From Felis catus (taxonomy: Eukaryota), in the NCBI RefSeq assembly GCF_018350175.1, contig NC_058368.1, positions 126,606,001 to 126,670,000 on the forward strand: a stretch of 64,000 nucleotides of DNA, written 5' to 3'. The translations under genes were made by a program, and so were the position numbers. Position 1 is the stretch's first letter; each line of letters begins with the position of its first letter. Of this stretch, positions 24,665 to 36,165 are shown piece by piece. Under the pieces are notes generated by a model. The model was not told where the DNA came from. It ran no database searches and saw only the letters and a program-made list of their open reading frames with translations.

Positions 24665-26730
24665 TTTCATTCATTCATTTCTTCAATAAATATTTACTGA
24701 GCACCTGTTATGTGTCAGACACTCAGCTATGTGCTGCAAACAGATAAATAAAACACAGCCCTTGCTCATTTCAAATAAGAGAAATTATACTGTGGCGCAA
24801 CTGCTAGAAAAAGAGTCTGTAAAGACATTTGGGTTAAAAGAGAAACTTTTCTTTTTGCAAAGCAAGACTAACATCGTTTTACCAATCCGTAGGAGACTTA
24901 GGGGTGGGCAGATAAGCATTTTGCTAATAATTCATTTAGTGCTTCTTATGTATTCATTGTATTCAAGGCCCTAAGCTAGACCAGGGTCATATTTGTATTC
25001 AGCAAATATTTACTAATCACCTACCACATGCCAGGCATTGTTCCAGGCCTGGGGATACTATAGGGAACAAGAGAGACATTGAAACTTAGAGCCTGGTAGT
25101 AAGGAGAAAAATAAACTAGTGATAAGGGCTATAAAGAAAATTAAATTATAATGAGGCAGTAGTATGCCTGAGAAGCTGCTTTAGATTCAGTGGTCATGGA
25201 CGGTTTCTTTGAGGAACTGACATTGAAGGTGAACTCTCAATGGCAGGAAGGAGCCAGCCCCTGGGACAAAGGATTCAAGCACACAGTTAGGGCAAGGCCT
25301 CCACGTGAGCCTGTGTGAACAGCAAGAAGAGGCCGTGGCTAGAGTGGAAGGGCAAGGCACAGGGCAGGAGGGGAGAGGGCAGCATGGAGGCAGAGACCTG
25401 TCGGGAGTATGCTGACTTTGAACCCTACAGGGCATCCAGTGGGGAGCTGCAGTCATAGCGGGTGACTCAGAACCAAAGTAGAAAGACTGGAGTTCAGCCG
25501 TGACTTTTTGTGTAATAATCACATTGGCACCACGGACAAGAGTTTCCATTCCACTTTGTCTGAACCTCATTTCATAAATGCATTCGCTGTGTTTCTATTC
25601 AGTAGGGTAGACCAGCTAGTCATTCAGTGAGCAAAAAACTGTTGAGTACCTGCAGTGTGCCTGCCACAGACAGGCCTAGCTGCAGAGGTGGATGATAAAT
25701 AAATAACAAAATCAAATCAAAACAAAAAACAAATCACTAATACAGTATCAGATCGTGATATGAGCTCTGAAGAAAATAGAGCTGAGTTAAGGGATGTGGC
25801 CCAGGAGCTTTTAGATCCCGTGTCTGAGGAGTGACAGTTGAGCAGGAATGTGACTGACAGGAGCAGAGGGAACAGCAAACGGAAGCAGCGCAACTACTTA
25901 CGAGCTTGCTGCCTCGCAGAGCAGCAAGAAGGCCAGTGTAGCTAGAGCACTGACAGCAAGGGTGGGAGAGTCAGAGGTAACAAGGATCAGAGGGCACCTC
26001 AGGCTGTGGCTCTTCTGTGTGTGATGGAAAGCCCAGGTGGTGTCATAATACTTGCATTTTGGAAAGATCACTCTCGCTGTGTGTGAGTGTGGGAATCCTT
26101 GAAAGGAAACCCAGGAACCATTAAGAGGCTGTGACCACAGTCTGTGTAAGATGTGATATTCATGGGGCCCATGGGTGGCTCAGTCAGTTAAGCATCCAAC
26201 TGCAGCTCAGGTCATGATCTCACGGTTCATGGGTTCAAGCTCAGCGTTGGCTCTCTGCTGACAACTGGGAGCCTGGAGCCTGTTTCAGATTCTGTATCTC
26301 CCCCTCTCTACTCCTCCCCTGCTTGTGCTTTGTCTCTCTCTGTCTCTCAAAAATAAATAAATGTTAAAAAAAATTTTTTTTTAATGTGATACTCGTGGGT
26401 CAATGCAGTGGCACTGCAGACTGCTGGTGAGAATGTTCAGATTCAAAATAGATACTGGAAGGAAGCAAGGCAGGGCTTGATGATGAGAGAACAAGAAGAA
26501 TGATGGATCCTGGATTTGGGTCCTGCATCCTGGCCAGCTGATGGCAGCAGTAACTGTGGGGAAGATGGAGTGTCAGTGTTGGTGGGCAGTGGGATTCAGG
26601 GTGAGGGTTGAGGCAGCAGGTAGATCTTGGATACCTCATATATTCAGTCGGATATCTAAGCAGAGATGAGGATTGGCAGTTAGATACTTGAGTGTATGTA
26701 TCAGGAAGGAGGTCAGGGTTAGAGATATAA
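24665..26730 (-). mobile_element. Several L2 3' fragments in the long pseudogene intron
   Basis: Three antisense L2 termini (cattcattcatt..aaatatttactgagcacctg; cagcaaatatttactaatcacctacc; cattcagtgagcaaaaactgttgagtacctg), each followed by L2 body. Confidence 0.75.
26164..26383 (+). mobile_element. CanSINE inserted in L2
   Basis: TSD ATGTGATATTCATGGG / ATGTGATACTCGTGGG. Confidence 0.95.
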
Positions 26731-27094
26731 TATAGAGGCATGAGCATCCAAATTTCAAAGAACATGCCCCTTGGTGCTTCCTTGCTAGCAAGGACTGGGG
26801 AAGGGGTGCTGAACGCATGCCATCCTTTTCCTTGGGTTCTGTCTTTAGATGACATTGGGAAAGCACATCTGCTTGAAAATCTAAAGAGAATCCAGACACC
26901 CAATCTTTAACAAAAGAACAAAAAAAGCATTTTCAGAAAAGAAGCATTTTCAGAGTTTGACTTGATTTGAGGAAGCTTCTGGAATTCTGAGTTAATCTTT
27001 CGGTGCATAATTTTATTAGATTTGGGCCTTTTTATTTCTTCCCACTTTTATGAGCCTGCTCTTCAGCTGCGTCCTCATGTATAACTTCTGCCAA

Positions 27095-27245
27095 GAAGTA
27101 AAATAGTTTATGCATGTTTCTTTAAAAGAAATGTAACCATCTGCAAGATTTTTTGAGATGTGAATTTACATTTAATATCCTCCACCAAGGAATATTAATA
27201 ATATACAGTATTTTGATCAGATTATTTCTGATAAAATATGAAGCT
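27095..27245 (-). pseudogene. TRPP-like pseudo-exon: GGGY motif and W-x-D segment
   Basis: Acceptor tttttcattaacacccttcag|AGC. GGT GGA GGA TAT (GGGY) lies at 27175-27186 within IFLGGGY*M*IHISKNLADGYISFKETCINYFT; compare PKD2 [35 protein letters not shown]. The 3' boundary is approximate. Confidence 0.65.
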
Positions 27246-27311
27246 CTGAAGGGTGTTAATGAAAAACAGCAGCTAGATCACATGAAAAATGGCCTTATGC
27301 CTTAAAATCAC

Positions 27312-27424
27312 ATTTTGTGAAAATAAATTTAGGCATATCTAGTTTAGAAAAAGTATAATGTATGGACAATGATGCTGCTCTCCATTCGGTAATGATAATT
27401 ATAATTATCTTTGCTGGGTTGTTT
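27312..27424 (-). pseudogene. TRPP-like pseudo-exon: TOP-domain cysteine segment
   Basis: Boundaries acatag|AAAC...AAAAT|gtgatt. Reads HHC-(frameshift)-SIHYTFSKLDMPKF; compare PKD2 ECYDVYSVSSEDRAPF. The downstream intron is only ~66 nt, so that boundary is uncertain. Confidence 0.55.
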
Positions 27425-27550
27425 CTATGTAATTTAATTATTCACTTCAATACAGAATAATATTATTGAAGCATAAAGATGGTAATTATTAATATGTTCT
27501 GCCCTGAGGTGAGAGTAGGATGTTTAATTAATGAACCACCCTCCTCTTAC

Positions 27551-27741
27551 CTTATGGATGACTCATTGATAAGATGTGTGCAGTATAGCAAACTGTTAGG
27601 TATTCTCTCTTGCTAATGGATTATTCAAATCATTTTCTCAAGCAGAGTGGAAAGAAGTCACTGTCTATAACCCAGAAATGATATTGGCAAGGAAGCTGAG
27701 TAATCAGTGGAACAGCTTGGAATAGTGCTCGTTCTGGACGA
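27551..27741 (-). pseudogene. TRPP-like pseudo-exon: TOP domain
   Basis: Boundaries ctctttgtattttgtcag|TCG...ATAAG|gtaaga. Reads IVQNEHYSKLFH*LLSFLANIISGL*...ENN, then with frameshifts NSLLYCTHL-YQ*VIHK; compare PKD2 FWKFTEGSLLDGLYW...ENLLLGVPRIRQLRV. Confidence 0.7.
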
Positions 27742-27827
27742 CTGACAAAATACAAAGAGGAAATATAGTTCTTCAGGGCTTTGATGCGAGGCTGAATCCA
27801 GTTCATGTTTTCCTGGAAATGGCTTAC

Positions 27828-27886
27828 TTCTTTCCATGAGATGTTTCTTATATTTTAGGGTTTCTGAAAGATAATGTTCCTTGAAA
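27828..27886 (-). pseudogene. TRPP-like pseudo-exon (59 nt, TOP domain region)
   Basis: Boundaries tttttcttataatag|TTTC...AGAA|gtaagc. One open frame, FKEHYLSETLKYKKHLMER. Its phase-1 end joins the next exon in frame across an 86-nt intron. Confidence 0.6.
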
Positions 27887-28179
27887 CTATTATAAGAAAA
27901 ATTGTTCAATAAATGGCATTTTATTTATTATAGTTTGCCTTCTTTAAAGAGCATGGATTTCCAGATCTTCAGCAGGAAGAAGTAAAATTTTAAAAGCTAT
28001 TGCAAATTTTACCATACTCACAGTTCAGCTCAAATGTGGTCTGTAATTAATATTAATTATAGTTAATCATCATAATTCTTTTTTACCTTAAACATGTCAT
28101 TTTATACCTTCTTAGTATTTATATAAAATTCATAAGAAGCAGTTAAAGATAAAACCAAATAGTTTAAGAATAGATTGGA

Positions 28180-28398
28180 GGGGTGCCTCTGTGGCTCAGC
28201 CGGTTGAGTATCTGACTCTTGGTTTTGGCTCAGGTTGTCACCTCTGGGTTTTGTGAGTTTGAGCCCCACATCAGGCTCTGCACTGGCAGTGAGGAGCCTG
28301 CTTGGAATTCTTTGTCTCCTCTCTCTCTGACCCTCTCCCACTCACTCTGTCTCTGTCTCTGCTTCTGTCTCTCTCAAAATATATAAAGTTAAAAAAAA
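28180..28398 (+). mobile_element. CanSINE
   Basis: TSD AAGAATAGATTGGA. Confidence 0.94.
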
Positions 28399-28591
28399 GA
28401 ATAGATTGGAATAGACTGAAACACATATGTTCACACACAAAAGCATACATGTCACAGAATAATGAATGAATCTACATTTTTAATTAAAGAATGATTCAAA
28501 ATTACTTAATGAATACTCAAATCATTTTATAAGAGAGTACATGTTCCACTGTACATGTAGTCTGACCCACAGAGACATGAAAATGTCTCAC

Positions 28592-28743
28592 TATCATATG
28601 ATCCGACCATAAAAAGGCCAAACTTCAATTTCGGTATCAACTGTTCCTGTTCTGACAATATCAGTTAGATATCATGCATATGTCTTCATAAGGACTAAAA
28701 TCATGATGAGTAAGCTACTAAAAAATAATAACTCCACAATTGC
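28592..28743 (-). pseudogene. TRPP-like pseudo-exon: S1 helix and start of TOP domain
   Basis: Boundaries tcctttttccaatag|GCA...GATA|gtgaga. Translates AIVELLFFSSLLIMILVLMKTYA*YLTDIVRTGTVDTEIEVWPFYGRII*; compare PKD2 RELVTYLLFLIVLCILTYG...YYTRMMSQLFLDTPV. Confidence 0.7.
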
Positions 28744-28822
28744 CTATTGGAAAAAGGATAATGCTAGATGTTGGATAAGGAAGATGAAATGTACATATAT
28801 ATTTAATAATTTACATAAACAC

Positions 28823-28888
<66 letters not shown>
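28823..28888. repeat. (TA)n microsatellite
   Basis: TA run with one CA interruption. Confidence 0.95.
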
Positions 28889-28892
<4 letters not shown>

Positions 28893-30056
28893 GGTTCTTC
28901 TTTAAAGGAGATTCCAGTTTGTCAAGGGAGAAATAAATACTGAACTAAATATTAGTGATTTAAATGAGACAAAAAAATTCAAAACTCTTAGTTTGATGAA
29001 AGAATCCATTAGAATCACAGGCTTGTTGTATCTTACTATACTTACTATATGTAAGAGGGAGAGAAAAACTCAGAAAGCTCCTTTTCTTGGTTGTTTAAAG
29101 AATTTGCAAGTATTTATGCCTTTAAACATTATCTCACAATAAATTGATCGGCAGGGCAAACAATTAGATATTCAAAGTTTTAGAATCTTAAGATTAGAAT
29201 TCTTGGGCCATAGCAAACATTTCTAGAGGCCAGCTGTGCTCATTAACTCTTTTATTTTCCAAATAATGCTTGCAAGGACAGGTTTTCAAGTAGCAGAGAT
29301 CAGAAAAAAATGGTGATGGTTAGTTACACAAGTCTGTTCAGTGGACCAGAGATTAAGGTTAATATTCTTGGGAATATTGTGAAGTTCAAAATTATTTTTT
29401 ATGAGCCAAAATATTTTCTGAGTATCTGTGACTGCAGAGGAAGTGGAAATATCCACACCCCCCCCCTCCTTTTTCTGGAAGATGTTAATAGAAGAGCCAG
29501 CATCTGAGGGCGAAGTACTGTAATCTTGTTTGTTAGCACTATGAGAAAAGAGAAGGTTTGAGAAACTCAAACTTATAATGTGGAAATAGGAAGGAGCAAT
29601 AATGGAATACAGCTTGAGTAGAGCAGAAGTATGATCCATTGTTGCGCTGGTGAAGCCAGACGGACAGTGCCTCTTGGTGGTCATACCCTCATATGGTATC
29701 CTCACGCTCACTCTAGGCTTGCCCATATGAAACACTGTTGGGTAATGGAACATTAGTAAGCATGATACAAGCAGAGTCTTGATAAGTGTAGCCTTGAAGG
29801 CCAGGGTCAGGAGAATTCACTATACACGGTTAACAATAGGGAAGTAGGGAGGGTTTTTAAGCAAAGGACTGACAGGATCAAAATAGTGCTTCAAGAATGT
29901 GAACTTGATTATAGAATGCAAAATAGAGTCACATGAAGAAGGGTGGTTGGAGATCAAGGTAGGGAGGATGGTTGGGAGGTCATATTATTTAACTCCTTCT
30001 CCCTTAGAATAGAAGAGCAAACAACACTGGAGATAGTCTGTTTATTGAGAAGGCAC

Positions 30057-30179
30057 CACAAGAAGGGACTGAAGTACAGCAGTCTCTCTCCAACCACTAG
30101 GGATGGGTGTGATCACAAGAAGGGACTAAAGTACAACAGTGATGCAGTAGCTCTCTCCAACCACTAGGGATGGGTGTGA
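30057..30179. repeat. Tandem duplication of ~56-66 bp
   Basis: cacaagaagggact(g/a)aagtaca(g/a)cagt...ctctctccaaccactagggatgggtgtga at 30057-30112 and 30114-30179; copy 2 carries an extra GATGCAGTAG. Confidence 0.92.
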
Positions 30180-32069
30180 ACAGCTCTAGCCAAGTCTCTA
30201 GAGAATATTCTTTCCATGGAGATAAGTCCTTTCATGATCATGAGAACAAAACAGACGAAAGGGCAAGCTCATGTTTTTTGTCTTCTGGTTTTATCGTTTA
30301 CTCATTGCCTTGGACTCTAGACATTTCTAACTAGTCTGGATGGCTCATTTTCAACACAATGATCTAAATCTTTGGATTCTCGTGATTTCTAGAATTCATA
30401 GATCAAAAATCCTAAATTGCTCAAATATTATGTAAGGTAGGAGCATCATAGTTCCATTGAATCATAGTTCCATTCTATAAAAAGACAGAATGCAGAAGAA
30501 AAACATTTTTAAGTGACACAGAGAGATCATGATGCATTCACAGTGCCGTGGAGCCAAGGGTGAGAATATCAAGTTCCAGGTGGGAAGGAGGGATGGCCAA
30601 CAAAAGCAGGCATTTAATAAATGCATACATCATTTGATCAATCCCAACCTGGAATTTTACATAAGATATTCTCCCAAGAGAGCAGCAGACTCATACTATG
30701 TACTTGGGAGAGTAGTCATAAATATTTCAGAAGAAGTCCTAAGAAGGACAGGAAAACAGTGGAATAAGCCAACTTGGCTCAGCTTTAATAGTATTTTGTA
30801 AAGCAATAAAAGTGAAGAGGTGAAGGCAAGGTGAGCCTTGGGCCAAGGGACTAACCAGCTACAGGTTTGGCTCAGAAGAGAGTACATACTGTTCTAATTA
30901 GTATCCAAAAGTTACAGCAAATAGGGGTTTGTATAAAGGAAGATGAATGAGAAAGTCTCCTCCATTAGTAGAAGCATCTCCTTGGGAACTCACATAAGGA
31001 TTCTTTGAAATGAACTTGAAATTGGATTAGAGTCCTCGTCCCTCAAAGGACTGTAGCTGCCTGTTCTAGAGCTCAGTAAGCAAGGATTCACCACAGAGTG
31101 GGCCAGAAATATTTGTTGTGTATACTGAAGGATAAGCTTTGAAAGCATCATTGTGTAGAAGTCAGATGGGTACCCCTTTTGGATAATTCATGAGGAGCAA
31201 GAAGAGAAGCCCCAAGGAGTATATTTCAACATTTCCACTATTCAAAGTTTGTGTAGAAATTTATACTGGGTACACCTGGTTAGGACCAGGACTGATTCCT
31301 GGGGGGAAAGAGGACAGCTGTCAATGACTGTCATTCTTCCAAATCAGGTGAGCAACACCAAGGTTACTGAAGAGGCAGTGGCTGGTTACGTTTATGGGCT
31401 GATCCATTGATTTCCCCCCCATTCCTTGGTCCTCCCACAACCTCCTCCTCTAGCAATCCCCAGGACCAATTTATTCCAACCATCTGCTTTTCTCGGCTTC
31501 TGCGCCCAGGCTGCAAGTGCTAGTGGAGGAAATCAGATACCTATGCCAACTGGCAGCAGGACAACCTCAGCTGGGCCCTCATACTACTCAGCAGTCCTTT
31601 CATGCATCCTCACCACCTTCCATTTCTGGCGCCCCAAACAGCTGCTCCCAACCCTCGCCATTTTCCCCAAGCCTCTCCTCATTCTCAGCTATGAACCTTG
31701 CTCCTATCTCGGGAGGAAGTCACCTCTGTACTCCTAGTCCCTACAATAGCACCCCAAACATGGTAAGGGTACAGTAAATCAGTGAGTGGATAATTCATTC
31801 ATTAGTGAATTTATCAGTTTCTCTTCCTTCCTGACCTGGGATCTGGACCTACCCTTGCTTTCTTCACACTGACCGTAGAGGGAGAATTCTCTTTCTGCCT
31901 TTTCAAGGCCAGACCCCTCCTGCCAAGGCTCTTGATTTCATCTGCCTACCTCCCCCCAACGTCCCCCAGGTCCCAGGGTCAGGTTCTATCATTTATGTCC
32001 TACCTTGTGTATCTTTTCCACACTGTTCTCTGCAGCCCACATACATACTTAGGTCTCTGGCTGTCTGTC

Positions 32070-32790
32070 CAGTCCAATCCAGCTAGAATGTGCTGGGCAT
32101 CTGTAACACACGAGGTACTACTGTCAGTACTGGAGAGATATCAGTGGGAGGAAAACAAAAAAACTTAGGCCCCACAATAGAGAGGAGGAAGATAACATCC
32201 TAATGAGAAAAACAAATAAATTAAAAATAGATGTGTACAAATGCCTTGGGAAAAAAATAAGCAGGAAAAGGGACAGTACTAGGGAGGGACTGGGACACTC
32301 TTAAATAGAGCAGTCCAAGACTTGAAGGGAGTAAAGGAGTAAGCCATGGGGGAAATGTGCCTGGAAAGCAGAGGGAATGGCCAGTGTGAAGGTCCTGTGG
32401 CAGGGTGGGAGTGTTCTTAGTGCAATAAGGAACAACATGGATGGCTGTGGCTGGAGCAGAGTGGAGAGGGGCCTGTAGGAGGATGTAAAACCAGGGCGAC
32501 CAGGTCCTGTGGGCCTTGCAGCTCGGTGTAAAGCAGTACTTTGGGTTTTTAGTGTATGTGCTGCTGAAGCAAGCACAAGCAGGGCTTCAGTTTTGACTCC
32601 AAGTGAATTGGGAAGGTCTTGGGAAGGTTTGAGCAGGGGAATGACATGATTTGACATATTTAAGAGGATTGCACTGGCTGCTGTGTTGTGAATTAAGGGG
32701 GCAAAGGAGGGAAGAGGAATCATGGCTGCGAAGTGGTTGCTGTCATCCAGGGAAGAGGCAATACCACCACTGGATCCTTCCATTTGCCAC
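32070..32790 (-). mobile_element. L2 fragment
   Basis: L2a-like antisense body: gcagagggaatggccagtgtgaaggtcctg..ttgagcaggggaatgacatgatttgac..cactggctgctgtgttg. Confidence 0.8.
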
Positions 32791-33258
32791 CACATTAGTC
32801 AAATGGGCAGGTTCCCTCAGGACTGCAACTCTCTCGGTCTTCGTGTAGTCCCATCTGTTTAATGCCCCCACCACTCTTCTGAAAATACTCTTGGCTAGCA
32901 TCACAAATGACCTGAATACCAATGCCAAACCCTGGAGCTTCTGTGAAGCGTCTGGGGCTCCTTACAAAACTTCAGGGCTAAAACAAGCCCAACTGTGTCC
33001 TGACCTATTAAAAGTAAGGCTGAGTTACAAGCTGCCACCTGGCCAGTTCAGTGGAATCATGACAGCCATCCAGGCCTGAGTTTCCCTTTCCCATTGTTGT
33101 AGAACACTGTCTGCTAACTGAAATTCTACAAAGTCTGACTGGGAATGAAAAAGAGTGAATGTGGCTGGAAATGAAATGACCCCTCTAAGGTGGTGGACTT
33201 CTCACCCCACATATAGGTGCCATGTGGAAAGGTAGCTCAGAACTGCCAGGCCTTCTAA

Positions 33259-33461
33259 TTTTTTAAAGTTTATTTATTTATTTTGGGGGGCGGGGGGGGG
33301 GGAAGGTCAAAGAGAGAGAGAAAGAGAGAGAGAAAATCCTAAGCAGGCTCTGCACTGTCAGCACAGAGCCCCACCCAAGGCTTGAACCCATGAACTGTGA
33401 GATCATGACCTGAGTGGAAACCAAGCATCAGATGCTTACCCAGTTGAGTCACCCAGGCCCT
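33259..33461 (-). mobile_element. CanSINE
   Basis: TSD CAGGCCTTCTAA. Confidence 0.93.
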
Positions 33462-33555
33462 TCAGGCCTTCTAACTTTGGAAAAGAATCTCGAAATCTGA
33501 AGTTTTATGTCAGTGTTTCTATTTTTATTTTATTTTTTAAAATATTTTTAACATT

Positions 33556-33783
33556 GGGGCGCCTGGGTGGCTCAGTCGGTTGAGCGTCTGACTTCAGCTC
33601 AGGTCACGGTCCTGCAGCTAGTTCGTGAGTTCAAGCTCCGCGTCGAGCTCTGTGCTAACAAACAGCTCACAGCCTGGAGCCTGCTTCAGATTCTGTGTGT
33701 GTGTCTCTCTCTCCCCCTCCTCTGCTCATGCTCTGCCTCTCTCTATCTCTCAAAAATGAATAAATGTTAAAAATATTTTTTTT
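33556..33783 (+). mobile_element. CanSINE nested in the tail of an opposite-strand CanSINE
   Basis: TSD AATATTTTT(T)AACATT on both sides. Confidence 0.93.
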
Positions 33784-33986
33784 AATATTTTTAACATTTA
33801 TTTATTTTTGAAACACAGAGCATGAGCAGGGGAGGGGCAGAAAGAGAGGGAGACACAGAACCCAAAGCAGGCTCCAGGCTCTGAGCTGTCAGCACAGAGC
33901 TCGACGTGGGGCCCGAACTCACAAACTGTGAGATCATGACCTGACCTGAAGTTGGACGCTTAACCAACTGAGCTTCCCAGGAGCCC
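33784..33986 (-). mobile_element. CanSINE (tail remainder at ~33520-33555)
   Basis: SINEC body ending ..cccaggagcccc. Confidence 0.93.
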
Positions 33987-34759
33987 CTCCATTTTTAAAT
34001 GTTGGTAACTGACTTAAATTTTTAAAGACACTCCACGGTAGCAAACAAAACATATCTGGGAGTCCTGTGCAGCTATCAGGGCACCAGTTTTCAAATCTTA
34101 TAGGAATGCCTCAGCGTGGTGACAAAGCACCCAGGCCTGGCACTCTTTAAGTGCTGAGCACGTGCCAATTGAAAGTGTTACTCGTTGTTTCCCCAGTTGC
34201 CAGCCTTAAACTCCTACACGCGGCTATAGTTTGGGGCCTTCCCTTATTCAAATCTGGTTTTCTCTTTGAGTTCCTGGCACCGCTTTGCCTGCCTGACAAC
34301 CTCACATCTTGCATCGCACACTGACCGTGTTTCCACTCGTTGCTCCCTGGCTGTCACGGCACCCCTTTTCTGTTCTGCTCACCCCACCTCCCACGAGACA
34401 TAGCAGATTTTTTCCTGGTTCTCTCTGCAGCAGCTCACTCCCTCAGCCATCCTTTAGGTCTGCTGTACTTTTCAGGAACAGATGGGTGCATAGATTCAAA
34501 TCCCTATTCTCTCGCTTTTGAGCTACATAAGCTTAAGGATACCATTATGGATAAGGTTACCATAAGGATACCTCATTATGCCTCCATTCTGTAATCCACA
34601 GGCTGAGAAGTGTCCATCTCACTGGGTTTTGGGGGAGTGCACCTGGTAAGTTATATTTTAAAAAACACAGCACACAACAGTGTGCTTTATCACAAGTAAC
34701 TAAAACAACACACAAATTTTCTCTCCCTTTCTTTCCCCACCCACCCCATCTTTCTTCTC

Positions 34760-36165
34760 TCAAACTCCTTTGGTGAAGTCTCCTCTCCTTCCCACACCAT
34801 AAATACTGGCATTGCCCCCAGAGTTCTGCCTTTGTGTTCTCATCTCAGCCTATACTCATCAGGAGTGGTCCTTTATACTTCTTAGACTTCAAAGCATAGT
34901 TGTTTGCCAGTGACTTCCAAATACAACAAGGCTAGCTTTAGCTGCTTTGTTAAGCTTTAAGCCCATTTTTCTGGTGATTTTGTTACACTTTGGTGGCCCT
35001 GCACTTACCTCAAGTTCAACATAGGTGAAATTAAGCCTACTATTTTCTTCCTAATCTTCTCTCTTATTCACACTACTCCTCCCTTTTCTCCTGAGTATTA
35101 CTTAAGGTAGTAACGCTAGCTGCTAGAAGAGAAAAACCATAAAATCATAATGGCTTACCACAATAAAACTTGATTGCTTACTCTTAGTCTGTTGGATATT
35201 ATTGTCCACTGCCATCCTCCAGGGGTGGGGTGCTGGAGAAATTCTGCCCCAAGAATATTTTAGAGCCAGACTGCCATCCTGTGGTATGGCTTCTTCAACA
35301 CCTTACCTGGAAGTTTACTGCAGGTAGAGAAGAGAGACAATGCATGGGTATCGAAGTGTTATGTATATCACTTCTGCCCACGTGCCATTGGGCAAACCTC
35401 AGATACATGACCCGAAAGGTCTGGGAAATGGAAGTTAGCTGTGTGCCTAAGAAGGGGAGAAATCAAAATATTGGACGTTGCTAGGATTCTCAGCCATACT
35501 GCCCAGTCTTAAAAGATAGAAACCTGAGAACAACCTCCATTTCATGTATTGATAAGTTCTTCTATCTCAAAAAAGTCTCACATTTTCTTCTCTTTGCAAT
35601 CTTTACCTTTGTCACTTTTCACTGATATTTTTGATGCAACTCCTCATTCTTCCTTGGCTTGCTACTGCCTGCTTCAGCATAAGGGTCCATCTTGCCCAAG
35701 CTGGCTCTAAGTTACCTTCTCAGGCCTCCTCTATAATCCTTTTTTGCAACTCACTCTATGCCCTGCACCCATATCCCTTGCTTCTTCCTTCAGTTAGCTG
35801 CCAGGACTCGTCATCAATGCAGGGAGAATTCCCTTGTTCTACAGTACCCAGCCCTGCCTTCACCATTTTCTTTGAGCATCAAGACCCATCTCAAATCATA
35901 TTTCTTCTTAGAAGCCTTCCCAGATCCTTCAGTCAGAATTAATCTGTGTCTCTGTCTGCAGCAATTCATATAACACTCTAGCATTTTGGGACATTTAATT
36001 ATAACTATTTTTATGTGTCTCTGTCTCCCATACTACTGGGAATTTCTTGAGGGAGAAGGACTATGTTTTTTGTATAATTCTGTTAGCCAGATTTGCAATC
36101 CTTAAATCTGGTTCAAAGCTGCCACATTGTTGGTGCTCAGTTGATACTTGACGAATAAATGAATC
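34760..36165 (+). mobile_element. L2 fragments with an intervening MLT1-like LTR (~35093-35495)
   Basis: L2 body and tail (ttggtgctcagttgatacttgacgaataaatgaat); MaLR-like block gctagctgct..aaaatcataatggctta..cacttctgcccacgtgccattggg. Confidence 0.55.

Larger units (their letters stand above)
18694..28743 (-). pseudogene. Decayed, unprocessed (intron-containing) polycystin/TRPP-like (PKD2-family) cation channel pseudogene
   Basis: About 12 candidate exons on the minus strand, most with AG/GT boundaries. Their translations (with stops and frameshifts) match polycystin channel landmarks in the correct order: S1, TOP-domain motifs (NxLL..RQ.RV-like, Cxxx(Y)xxxxxDxxxF, GGGY, AVxxxxTxxxPN), S2, S3 (NIL[D>G]), pre-S4 helix, S5 FG, S6 LLKMF. 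Aligned by eye to recalled PKD2. Confidence 0.75.
33185..34095 (+). mobile_element. hAT-Charlie-like MITE fragmented by three CanSINEs
   Basis: Collinear pieces gaaatctgaagttttatg / ttttaaatgttggtaact..caaacaaaacatatctggg..caccagtttt resemble a Charlie-family terminus; subfamily not determined. Confidence 0.45.

Noticed and set aside
26400..26903. 167-aa ORF
   Set aside because: Mostly overlaps decayed L2; no recognisable protein.
28592..29270. ABCA- or SLC9C-like interpretation of the hydrophobic exons
   Set aside because: Only isolated resemblance; the exon series as a whole fits polycystin order better.
30057..30179. CRISPR-like repeat-spacer structure
   Set aside because: Mammalian DNA; only two adjacent copies and no unique spacers.
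32301..32795. 164-aa ORF
   Set aside because: Lies within an L2 fragment.
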